From Paraspadella gotoi (Eukaryota > Animalia > Chaetognatha): a stretch of DNA of 64,000 nucleotides. Under the pieces are notes generated by a model. It was not told the DNA's origin and did no database searches. It saw only the letters and a list, made by a program, of their open reading frames with translations. Location of the stretch: positions 9,859,530-9,923,529 of the forward strand of contig CM119270.1 in the NCBI GenBank assembly GCA_051294375.1. Reading direction: 5' to 3'. A program made the position numbers and the translations under genes. The stretch's first letter is position 1, and each line of letters opens with the position of its first letter. Below, piece after piece: positions 33,881-46,904 of the stretch.

Positions 33881-36472
33881 TTTCTTAGAACCAAATTCCT
33901 AAACTCGATCCCAAACCTTTTTTCATAATCTTTTTATATTTTTGGATAGAGAATGACTGGAATAATGTAAATCTTAAGTTACGTCTAAATTGGCCCATGG
34001 TTTAGAAAAAATCGACCAAAAACAAACAAAATTCCTCTCCCTTTTTTCAACATTTTCCCCTTTTAAGATTTTCGCCGATTCTGACTTCCTCTTACAACTT
34101 TAATTCCGCTAGTTAATTTTTTTTTCGAACAAAAGGAATCCATAACTTTCTATTATTTTATAATTTCTGGGTAAAAAAATATAATGAATTACATTAACAT
34201 TGGGATATTATGAAAGTATAATGTTTGTGAAGCCTGTGAGAGTTAAATAATTAAAAAATTCGCCTATTTTATTATTGAAAAATGACAGTAAAGTGAACAA
34301 GTTGAATGTATTCCGGCTCATTTCAGTAAACATCCCTGTTGTCTCGCATAAAATAATGTTTACCTTTTTGCTGGTGGAAAAGAAAGATAAATACTTAGGC
34401 TGTGATGGGTGAATAATATTTTGTAGATTTTGTAAACATGCTTTGTAATATCAGACAAGCAAATATTTAAGTTAAATAAAAATTAATTTTTTTATCCAAA
34501 AAACTTTAAAGTTTTACTAGAGTACAATTTAGCCTTTTTCCTTTCAGAATCACTAAAAAGAATTTAATTTTCATTTATTTTTATGGGGTTTCATTAGTTT
34601 TAAAATGCATTATAATTTTGACTTAGTTTGACACTCACCCTGTAAAGAGGTTTCAGCAAAAATAATTCTAATATTGTAACTTGTATGTGCCCAATGATTA
34701 TGGCTTCATTTTGGTACTATTGCCATCCCTGTATCTTTGTTCCTTCAAAAGATATCAGGGAAAAATCAGTTTTTTTCTCTCAACCTTCCTTTTAATTTCT
34801 TATTAAATAAAAATTTCATGTTGTCAAACCAGACCAATGGACTTTACCACGTTGGTTTAATATGAAGAGTTTGGTCAATAATGAAAAGAAAAATTTGGCA
34901 AGCTCTTGAGACAAGAGGCTTTCTAAATCTCATAATTCGAAGTAATATTTATAATGTTAACATACCCTAGCCCAGTTTACAATTTTCGAAAATCAAAATT
35001 TCCCGTTCATTTCTATAGTAAAAACAAGGCTTGAAAATTCTCCAGAGATGACTAGTGCATTTCCCCTGGCTTGTTTATATTAAATCTTTTATCAAATGGC
35101 CATAAGACGAATTTGGCTAGCTCTTAAGATATATATATATAAGTTTTTACAACTGTTTTTTATCCGAATTTCTGGCAATCTCGTTTGCAATTTGGGTAGT
35201 CAGATTTTAACGGAAATCTCTATTAGAAAAATGTTGAATTTTTTTTTAAGGGAGATTCTCGTCTACTTTTCTAAAGATAATTAAAATCGCTTTTTAGATA
35301 TCTCGGAAACTTCTTTTTTCTAAAGAAACTAGTGATCGCTGGATTGGTGGACTTTCCTTGTGATAGAGGCAACCATTCTACAAATTTGGCTTCAGAAACA
35401 AGTAAGATAGATTCTTTAAACTTTATATATATATTTGCTGAGTGTGTATTAAATGTTTTGTTATTCCTTGCCCAGGACTTCTAACATCATCTCATCAACT
35501 TTAGATAGAAGTGCTGGGCTTCGACTTTGTCGTCAGTACCTCATATTGAGCGTCAGACCGGCGCCATCGTCTCGTCCGCGCCATCTTACTCGAATTCCTC
35601 TCGTTTTGATAGCGCAGGATCAGCTCAGTCAGTTAGTTGTCAAAGACAGCCACCTCTACGAACTTAGTTCAATACAACTAATAAATGTTTTAATTAATTA
35701 ATTAATTAATTAATTAATGTGAAAAAATGATGCAAGTTAAAAAAATCTTAAAAGCATAAAGATCGTCGCAATTGCATAAAAAGAGAGAGAGAGAGAGAGA
35801 GAGTGAGAGAGAGAGAGAGAAGGAGACATAAAATAAAATAGAGGATATTTGTTTGTTTTGATAAAATATAAACAAAACATATTTAATAACTGTCCTAACC
35901 CAATTTTAAGGACATCGATGATGATAAGTTAAATATAAATTTAAAATTAATTATTACATTTTAAAATTAATTAATTAATTAATCGATTAATTAATTAATT
36001 AATTATTGTAGGCAGATCCGACATTGTTTGCTCAAACTTGTTAAAATTTGTTTAGCTACTTGGCTTTATTTCGCAAACTAATTAAATTATAAATTTTCTC
36101 AGTCCGTTTTTTCGTATTTTCTTGCGACAGAATATATCAATATAAACACTTAAACAGCATGTATTAAGCTCAACTTTTCATTCAATAAAGTTCATTTTAT
36201 AAGGCGCAAGCGTTCAAGTTCAAAAAATCTATAATACAGATCGGTATAAAACTCAGAAAGTTTAACACACAAATTAGGGGAAAAATGTTTAAAACGTGGA
36301 GATTACTCATAATAATAAAAACAGAACATAAGATCAGAACAAAAGAGAAAAATAAACGTTAATTTTTTTTTTTTTTTTTGAAAGTGCACTTTAAGATTTG
36401 CAGCAACAGAGATGCAAACAAGTAATTATCAAAATAACTATCAACTAATTTGAAAGCAACAACAACACGCCC

Positions 36473-37782
36473 TCAAAAAGAACTCTCTCTTCGTCCCACG
36501 ACGTCGGATACGTATCCCTGTCCGATCGGATAGCTCCTTTGTTCGATCGGATAGCTTCTTTGCCCGGTCACTCCTCTTCTTTCTACTTCCTCCCGACGCC
36601 TCCGCCCGTCGGCGCGGTGTTGCTCCTCAGTGACGTGACCCACCGCTTCTCGGCTTGAAGAATCCGTGACAAAGGCCCGATTGTCCCACCCGCGATCGCT
36701 ATCCCGCCTCGCTCCCCTGCCCGCCCTCTCTCCCCTTCCTGCCCTCTCTCCGCCGCTTCCTCTTTCTCTAAAGACTTCTTCCTCCGCCCCCCTTCCCCCC
36801 TCTGCTCCCTTGAAGCAGCAACAGGTTGTAAAGCAGCAAGTAAAGACGACGACGATGAAGACGACGTAAACGACGTTGAAGACGACGACGACGGCGACGA
36901 CGGACTCGGGGTGTCGTCGGAGGTGCAGGCGGACGGAGTCGTCGCGTGGTGACTCGGCGGTAGGGTGGCGAGGGGTGGTTCTTGAAAAGGGAGCGGGAAG
37001 AGGAAGAGTGGAATTTAAAATAAAAAAAAACATTAGATTACAATTAAAAAAACAAAATGCTATAGAAACCAACACATATCAGTCATGTCATCCAATTCTC
37101 TGACATCAACTCACTGTGAATCGATTGTAACCATCAATTCTTCTGTCGTCGACACAAGTTTCTGCGTGGCTGACGCAGCCGAGGAAGCTGCCGCCGACGC
37201 TGCGAAAGCCGCCAAAGCTGAGGACGCAACCAAAGCCGACGTTGCAGACGCACCTGTCGACGCTCTCCCGTCGAAAGTCGGCGTCGGTGTCGTGACGAGG
37301 ATTGATTTATTGCGAAAGGAATTGACGGTCGCTTCGTCGGCGCCACTCGTCGCTTTCGATTGGGGCGTGGCGACCGACGGCGTGGTTAATGAGGTTTCAT
37401 TTTCTGTCGATATCGTCGTTGCGTTTTCGGCGTCAAAACCAGAGCCTTTGACGCTCGTGCCGTTGACGTCGTAGTCAACTAAAGTAGAGCTCGGCGTCGC
37501 GGTGGCGTTGAAAATGTTCTCCGAGGTGGCGCCGGTTAATTCCAAAGAAGACGACGGCGTCGTTTCCGTCGCCGAGGAAAAAGACGAAGAGACCAAAGGG
37601 CGAAACGTCGTCGCCATCGTCGTCGCTTTCATCGTCTCACCCGTCATCATCGCCAAAGTGTTTCCAGTCATTCCCAACCACGCCATCGATCCTTTGTCGT
37701 CTCCGCCACGATCGAAACCCGCCATCGCCACGCCACGCCACTCCGCCACGAACAGCGCCACCGGCACAAACGTCAACAGCAT
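36473..37782 (-). CDS. Mucin-like type I membrane protein (~390 aa, 2 exons)
   Basis: Hydrophobic N-terminus MLLTFVPVALF and S/T/A-rich ectodomain. Intron 37114-36981 (GTGAGT...TTTCAAG) is in frame to a Val-rich TM segment and Cys cluster (TCCFTTCCC). Confidence 0.6.
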
Positions 37783-37834
37783 CGTTGCAGTGGCGCAGTG
37801 AGTTCGATATCGACCTAAGTTCGTCTTCAATGCG

Positions 37835-38401
37835 TCAGAGAAACGAGCGTAGGCCAACCCTGTCGTCGAGAAAAGGTGGCAGCGGTTATGAGAAATTGAA
37901 TGGTGAAGAATTTAAAAATGCTGATCGCCTCTTTCATTGCTAATTGCTGATCTTGGTATTTTATTTTATTAATTTTTAAACTTATTTATATCTTAAATAA
38001 AAATGTTACAACAACTATAAACCACGCAATTTAAAATCGACATGGATTAGCGCCTTGGCGACGCGACTTTCTTACCCGCGTGCGCCAACAAGATAGCGTT
38101 GTAGAGAAGGACAGCGGGATGGACGGCGGCCGACGCCAACGCCACCGGAAGTGGAAAAGGCGAGGAGAGAGAGAGAGGAGAAGACGATCATGAAGGAGAC
38201 GATGAGAGGAGAAGGGGAGGGAGAATCGTCGTCCAGAAAGACGGAGCTAAATTTAGAGTTAGCGAAGAAGTTGGACGCTGGCTCTATTTCTTCCTCTTTC
38301 TCTTTCTCTCTTTTTTTCTTTCTTTCTTTTTCTTTTTCTTTTCTTTTTCTTTTTCTTTTCTTTTTCTTTTCTTTTCTTTTCTTTTTCTTTTTTTTTCTTT
38401 T

Positions 38402-38463
<62 letters not shown>

Positions 38464-40496
38464 ATCTTCCTCTCAAATGCAGTTCATTTTTTCGTAATCC
38501 CTGTAATTCTGTCCACCTTAACCCTCTCTTTCTTTCTTCCTTTCTCTTCGGGTTTTTCGACACTTTTTATTTAAATTCACCAGCAAAAGACATTAAATCC
38601 TCATCCATCCTTGATTTTGTATCATAACACCCCCAACCCATTCCCGCCAATATTAGCTATTCCTATAATATAGACTTCTGTTCCACCTTTCAGTCAACCA
38701 CCCTTGCGCCACCTTCGACTCCTTACCCGAAACTGTAAGAGGCGTCATAAACGGCGACGACGAAACCGACGACGATCGCCGTCGCCTGGAGACCGGAAGT
38801 GATGTCATCGGCTACGACGACGAAGACGTGAAAGGCGAAGAGAGGTAGGGAGAAGAGGGCGAAGCTTGTCATGTGAAGGTAAGCTTGGTAGCGTTCGAGG
38901 CGGGGAAGCAAGTAGTGCTTACCCGTGGAGAGTAGCTGGAAGGGATCGAAAGGACGATAAAAGACTCGTCTTGTCTGCGGTAGCGATCAGAAAAAAAAAA
39001 TACAGGGGCTACGTATTTGAAAACTAAATTTGGCGTAAAAAAAGTAAAAAAAAAGATAAAATTACTTTTAGATTTTGAAATTTTTTTAATTAGTTTGTAA
39101 TGACACTTCTTGATTTCTCAAAAATTTAATAATTAATTATTAGAATGGAGCACTGGGGTAGGGGAAGCCCCACTCAATGGGGTGAGTCAAAAATTTAGAA
39201 TGCTTACATGCTCAAANNNNNNNNNNNNNNNNNNNNNNNNNCAAAAATTTTACATTTTGAAGTATACTTTCCAATGGACAAAACATTTCTGCTTATCAGC
39301 AGATCCCGACTCTATAACTCACTTTGTCGGTCCGTCGGTCCGCCCCTCAATATTGTCGGGCTCACACTTATATCATGTCAGAACATCGAATTATGATAAA
39401 TTATGCAAAAAAAATTATGTCCGTCCGTCCGTCCGTGCTGTCCGTCCGTTCCGTCCGTCCGTTCCGTCCCCACCTTACAAAAAACACCAATTACTCGTGA
39501 TTGGATAGATGGATTTAAATGAAATTTTGTGTGAGGATAGGTAAGCGTGTGATTGAGCTGGATATGAAGTTTCGAGTGGAAATGAGTTTAAATGGAAAAA
39601 ACAAAAAAAATATATTCACTATGATTGAACACCAATTGCTCATGAGTGGATGGGCTGATTGACCTGGAATTTTGTATGTGTGGGTAGGAAAGTGTGTGAT
39701 CGAACAGGAAATCAAGTTCGATGGAATAGTTGAGTGGAAATGAGTTAAATGGAAAAAAACAAAAAACCTGCTTCTTTTTCCTTTATATTAAATGTATATG
39801 CAGGAGTGTATAATAAATCAAATAATTAATCAGTTATTAATCAATTAGTAAATAAATTAATCATATAATTAATTAATTAGTCAATCAATCCGTCCATCCG
39901 TCCCATCTTAGCAAAAAGCTCCATTAACTCGTGATTGGCTGGTTGGATTGGAATTAAATTTTGTCTGTGAGTAGGAAAGTGTGTGATAGAGCTGGATATA
40001 AAGTTTCGATGGAATCGTGTGAGTGGAAATTAGTTAAATGGAAAAAACATAAGTCGAATTTACTAAATCTTTTTTTACTTATTTTAAACCAATAAATACT
40101 CTAATTAATCATAATGGATGGGATAGATTGAGTTGAAATTTTGTGTGTGGGTAGGAAAATGTTGTGACGAAGCTTGATATAAAGTTTCAGTGGAAACGTA
40201 CCAGTGGAAATGAGTTTAAATGAAAAAAATATGAGTCACATTTACTTGAATCTTTTTATTTATTTTAACCCATGATAGATTGAGATGAAATTTTGTGAGC
40301 CAGTAGGAAAGTGAGTGAAGAAGCTAGATATAAAGTTTTGACGGAATGCAAGTTGAAAAAATGATGCAAGTTGAAAAAATGATGCAAGGTAAAAAAAATC
40401 TTAAAAGCATAAGGATCGTCGCTATTGCATAAAAGAGAGAGAGAGAAAGAGAGAGTGAGAGAAAGAGAGAGGTGAGAGAGAGAGAGAGAGAGAGAT

Positions 40497-40538
<42 letters not shown>

Positions 40539-43500
40539 CATAAAATAAAAAAAATCTTAAAATTAGTCTCAAATCGAGCCAGAGCGCGACTATCAAAGAA
40601 AATTAATGAAAAAACCCTGGGAAAAAAAAACAATAGAATCAGGCGGATTAACGAATTATGATGTAATAGTGTAATTGATTGACTGGTAAATACTAATTAG
40701 CTTGTTCCGAAACGTTAACTGTTAACGGTTATCTAACGGTTATAAATAATTTTACTTAACCGTTAATGATTATTCATTCTTAACGCGTAAATTCGGGTTA
40801 ATTTTTAAATGTGATTTTTCATTTTTGATATGGAAACTCTTTAAATTTAAAAAATAAAAAACTATTTTTTTTTTTCTGTTCTCCTTATTCTCCTCTCTCC
40901 TTCTTCACCATATTTTTACCCCTCTCTCTTTTGCTCCAATTTTTCCCGTCTTTTTTCCTTTTTATTACTTCTGTTTCTATCCGCATCTCTCTCCTTATTC
41001 TTTCTTCCCCTTATATCTCCTCCTGTTGCCTTCTTGTCTCATTCTCACTTTTCCCCTTTTCTTTTCCCCACTTTCTTTTTTCTTTTTTTCGCCCTTTGCT
41101 TTACTTCCTTTTTTTTGGCTCCTTCATGCAACAATATGTATTCAATCTTAGCTAAAAAACAATAATCTCCCTTATGATACCTCACTTCGAGAGCCAATAT
41201 TTAGGTTTATTTTATATGAATTTTATCGGGTCCCTGGAGGATGATATCAATATTTCACTTGCAAAAAACCGTTTTTAAAATCCTCTTAAAATGGTTTCCT
41301 AGATTATTAGTCATTAAACGTTCAGCGCTTAATAATAATAAAAACCAAATAAAAGTTTTTTGGGGGTTGTCTGTCAGTTACTAGAGGCTTGGTCTCGGCG
41401 TTCACGATTTAATACATTGTATACATATGCGTTGCATATTGTTTTTCTTTATTCAAAGATTGTTACTCTGAAGCCGAATTGGAAAACTTAATCTCATTCG
41501 TAATCCATAGTGGCATAATCTTCTACCGGCATCGCTAAATGTTACCGATCTTGGTCAAGTTGCCGTCGACGACAGCGCCCTGTTATCGCCCACGGGATCG
41601 TCACCATGACGTAGCGTTGATGGTCTCCCTGATTGTCTGTTCGTACAGAATCGATGGACATGGACCGGCGTCTCATGTACTCGATTCCATTGGAAAAAAT
41701 AATGCGAGAGGTCATTTGTTTATTTACCATATTTATGTTTATTACATATTCATTGTTTACTTTTCTATTTCCTGTTTCTTCATGAATCACAAATTAATTT
41801 TTTTGGTTTTAATCATTTTTTAAATTATTCATTTATTTATTTCATTCCATTTAATCATCATTTAATTTTCATTTATTCGATTCAGTCATTTTATTTCACA
41901 TGCATTCCATTCCAATGAATTGTATTCGATTCATTCATTTTTCATTCCAATCCTATAAATTCCCATCCCATTAATTGCCATTCATTCAATCGCATGCCAC
42001 TCTATTCACATCCTTTCATGCCATTCATTCAATCCAAGCCAATCTTATTCACATCGCATTCATGCCATTCATTCAATCCAAAGCAATCTATTCACATCCA
42101 TTAATGCCATTCATTCATTCCAATGTGCAATCTGATTCACATCCATTCATGCCATTCATGTGCAATTCCATGCCAATCTATTCACAGTCCATTCATGCCT
42201 TCATTCAATCCATGCCAATCTATTCACATCCATTTCATGCCATTCAGTTCAATCCATGCCAATCTATTCACCTCCATCATGCCATCATTCAAATCCAAGC
42301 CAATCTATTTCACATTTCCATTCATGGCCATTCATCAACCAAGCCAGAATCTATTCACATCCATTCATGCCAGTTCATTCAATTCCATTTGCCAATCTAT
42401 TGCACTCCATTCATGCCCATTCATTTCTAATTCCAAGCCAATCTATTCACATCATTCGATGCCATTCATTCAGATCCATGCAATCTATTTCACATCCATT
42501 CATGCCATCAATTCATTCCAAGCCAATCTATTCACATTCATTCATGCCCCGATTCATTCAATCCAAGGCCAATCTATTACATCCATTCATGCCATTCAGT
42601 TCAATCCAATGGCCAATTATTCACATCATTTCATGCCATTCATTTTCAATTCCAAGCCAATCTATTCACATTCCATTCATGGCCATTTCATTCAATTTCC
42701 AAGGCCAATCTATTCACTCCATTCATGCCATTCATTCAATCCATGCCAATCTAGTTCACATCCATTCATTGGCCATTCATCAATCCATGCCATATCTATG
42801 CACATCCATTCATGCCATTCATTCAAATCCATGGCCAATCTATTCACATCCATTCGATGCCATTCATTCAATCCAAGCCAATCATATTCACATCCATTCA
42901 TGGCCATTCATGTCATCCAAGCCAATTCTATTCACCGTCCTTCATGCCAGTTCAACCCATTCCTTAGTCATTTCCATTTCATGCCATCCCTTCCATTGTC
43001 ATTTCCATCCTCGCTCAATGTCGCGTTGTCTTAATCTCAAGTTTACGATCCTCGATGGAGGTATTAACTCAAATTGTCTGCGGGGCGCTCAACGGAAGCG
43101 TATAGGAGATTAAACCGTCAGAACTCTTGTGTGCCGCTTAAACTTGTAAAATTAGTAGAGGATGGTTTCCGGAGTCCATTTCCCAAACTACTGATCAATA
43201 TTTGAACGATGGGAAAGTCAACAAAAAGAGGCAAAGAGGAGAAGATATATTGCTCCTGCCGGGTAGACCGAAACGCGTTCTGAGAATTAAACAAATAAGA
43301 TCCACGGGGATTATTTCCTATTTATATATTGTATATATAATTATATTAATATATATAAAAGAGCAAAGAGTAGAAGATTAATTCTCGTCCAGTGTTAGGA
43401 CCGAATACGCCGCTCTGAGAATTAAGTTTGTAATTTATTTCTGTAGATTGCTTTTTATTATAAGTATCGATGCCTGAATTTACTTGGAAAATCTATATAA

Positions 43501-46500
43501 ATGATAACATTGTTTATTAATAGATGTAAATCTAAAATTGACAGCGGAAAATAAACCCAACAAAACAGCCGTTTTAATTTTTTCTACCTCGCAGGTTTTA
43601 AAGTTAATATCAAATACTGCATAGAATTAACTTGTTCAAGTTTCAACACCAGGCAAGCACTTGATATTCGTGAATGGATTTAAAAAAAAATATTTCAGGA
43701 TTTCACCGTTTGAATTTGATGATTTTGAGCGTGAGAGGCTGTTAGAACCGGGACGTAAACGTAGAGTTCCCTGTGAATCCGTATGATATAATACGATCGT
43801 CAGTGAAAAAATTCCGGTTGGAAACCAGAAGTAAAATTGATCATTCGTTAAGGTATCACACGGCTACCGTCCGTTCGTTGAGTCGTGGCGTTCATTCTGT
43901 GGCTCGCGCGCGGTTGTAACGGTATTTTGGGTTTTCGGGTTCGCTTATAATCTTGCGTATTTGCGTTATTTTTTTTTTCTCGGGGCATTATTTCTGCTGT
44001 GCAGTATTTAATGCTTGATATTGTATGCTTTCTGAGGTGAGGTATTAGGGGTGGTTGGTAAGTGACGGACTGCGTATTTTCGAATCGTCTAGCATTTGCT
44101 GGTATTGGGTTTATGGGTTTGGCGTTTTATCTCCAATTCCCGCTTGTGGCACACATGCGCCAGTTATTACTGTATTTTTTTCCGTTGTTTCATTTTCGAT
44201 TTTTCAGCCGCCTTGTTAACGATAAGAGAACCGATGTTCGAAATGAATGTGAATTGGCAAACAGCGGCTCTCTTTTCCTGAGAGGTGGCCCGTTGTCTAT
44301 TTATTCCATAATTCAATTATTGATTTTTAAAAATTAATTTTAAAAAGTATATTTAATCGTTTATTAACCAATTACTAACCTCTTATTTCGTAAATTCTTT
44401 GACTTGAAATACTTAAGCCTAAACCTTTAATTTCTAACCTTAACTTCTGATACCTTTAAAAATATTTAGTCCCTAACCGAAATCTGCTAAGCCAATCCGC
44501 TACTGGGCTGAATTCCCTAACCTTAAAAATAACTTACTTAATCCTTTAACCTTAATCCTTAAACCTAATCCTTAACCTAATTTTTAACCTTAATCCTTAA
44601 CCTAATCCTTTAATCTAGTTTTTAACCTAAATCTATAACCTAATTTTTAAAACCTAATCCTTAACCTAATTCGCTTAACCTAATTCCTCACCTAATCCCA
44701 TTTAATCTAATCGCTTAACCTTTATATATTTTATTTTAACCTTAGCCTAGATCCTAACTTAATCCTTATCTTAATCTGTTAAACTTAATCCTTAACGCTA
44801 ATCCTTAAACATAATTTTAAAAGTTAACTTTATTTTCAAAAATTGTATATTCTTGAAGTTCTATAGAAATAAAAAGGGGCGCTTTGGATATAATGAAGGC
44901 GCCAACAGTTGATGTGGTTGAATCCAAAGTCCAAACACTGAAATACCTTTTGATAAGTTTGCCTTTTTATAGTATTTCTGTCTCTGCTCTCTCTCTCTCT
45001 CTCTTCTTCTCTCTCTCTCTCTCTTCTCTCTCTTCTCTCTCTCTCTCTCTCTTCTCTCTCGTCTCTGCTCTCTTCTCTCTCCATGAGTTTTATTTGTTTA
45101 GTGTGTCCTTTCACATGCTTTTCACATCTTTGTTACAGCCCGTTACAGTCGGTTAGAGCACCAGCGATCTTAATCCTTGTGTCGTGGGTTCGAGCCGCCA
45201 CATTGTGCGCCACTCTACTGAGGGACTCTGGTGTTCTGAGAGCTGGGTTCTATATAGCGTCTTATCAAAACAGGACGATGGAAATGGAGCGTGTGAATTA
45301 AATGTATTTTCACAACTGCAGGTCTATACTTTATATCGAAAATGAATATTAATAAGGAGTCCAAAATAAAGGGAGAGATGACAGTGTCTGATGAGAGAGG
45401 AGACTGAACCGTGAAACGTTGAACCGCGGACACCCGAATCCCTGTGAGGAGGTATGAGGAGCGGGAGGAGTGGAAAAGATGAGATGAAGAGGGAGCTGTT
45501 AGACCCGCGTCGTCTACCGACCCGTCGCATTCTAGGGTATATATGACAATTTAAGTTGATAGTATCTACAACCAGAACTATATAGGCTTTTGTCGCCCTA
45601 AGTCATTAGTAAACGATTCTTTTCTGAGATTACAACCTAATACCGTTGCCTGTTACTCTAATCACGATGTTGGGTAAAGTTCTGTTTTAGAGATGACGTG
45701 CAGTGTATACGTACAGGTCGTACACTGTTCCTCGACAGATGTTGCGCATTAACGAAACAGGTGCGTCCTTTGTCGGTTTATGCTCGTTGGCAGTGCGCGG
45801 ACCAAAAAATTTCATTACTTTCCTCATCCATATAATGGAGAATTCGGAGACCTTATACTATTTTTACGATTCGAGTCCGTCGGAGCAGAGAGAGTTGGAC
45901 GAGGCGAGGAGAGTCAGGAAAGGGATGAGAGGCGAAAAAGAGAGAGACGAGAGAGAGAGAGATGAGAGAGATGAGATGAGAGAGATGAGAGAGAGAGCAT
46001 GACGAGAGAGACGAGGGAAGATGGGGAGGCGATGCGGAAAAGGAGGTGGAAAAAGTTAGAGAGAAAGAAGGGAGAAGAAGAGAGGCAGAGAGAGGAAAGA
46101 GGTGGGAAAAGGATGGAGAGGAGAGAATGAAAGAAGAGAGAGAGAGAGAGAGAGAGTGAGAGAGAGAGAGATGAGAGAGAGATGAGAATAAGAGCTAGAT
46201 GAGAGAGAAGGTTTAAAAGAAAAAAAAAAGAGGGAGAATGGCAGTCGGAGGGTATGGAAAGATGGGAAAAATCTTGAATGTAATAAAAAAAGAAAAAAAG
46301 ATTTTACTCTATGCGAAATCATGGAAATTGGGACAATGAGAGAGAGAGAGACAGATGATGCCCGAGTCGGGAGAGAGAGAGAGTGAGAGAGAGATTGAGA
46401 GATTGGAGAGATGAGAGCATGGATGAGGAGAGGAGAGAGAGAGGAGAAGAGAGAGAGCAGTTGAAAATGAGAAAGAGCGTTGAGTGAATAAGAATAAAGT

Positions 46501-46855
46501 AATAAAGAAAGAAAGTAATAAGTAGTCATGAAAACGTTTACATACGTATTGTAATAAACCACAAAAAATAAAAATTGAACCGAAAAAAAAAAAATGCCTC
46601 CTTTGCACTGCGATGAGATAATTCCTGATATTTAAGTGAACTTCCTTTGTTGTGACTCATCCAAGATTGAGATCACAGTTTATGAAATGACGCGTCAAAC
46701 TTGTTTCTCTCTCTCTCTCTCTCTCTTTCTCTCATCTCTCTCTCCTCTCTCTTCTCTCTCTTCTCTCTCTCTCTCTCTCATTTAGCGATTTAAGAAAGCG
46801 CGATTTAAGTTCGTCTCGATGGGCGCGCTTCTTTGTTATTTAAAGACTAAGGCCA

Positions 46856-46904
<49 letters not shown>

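Noticed and set aside
35490-35690. Exon with IEVLGFDFVV resembling a TTL-family motif
   Set aside because: An in-frame stop follows within a few codons and no partner exons were found.
41975-43113. His/Ser-rich ORFs or a CRISPR-like array
   Set aside because: Head-to-tail ~42-bp satellite with no unique spacers, open in several frames by composition.
44460-44820. Telomeric repeat
   Set aside because: Degenerate 12-bp unit, interstitial, not a clean telomere array.
45380-45435. Hammerhead-like CTGATGA...GAAACGTT
   Set aside because: No convincing stem II, and no stem I adjacent to a cleavage site.
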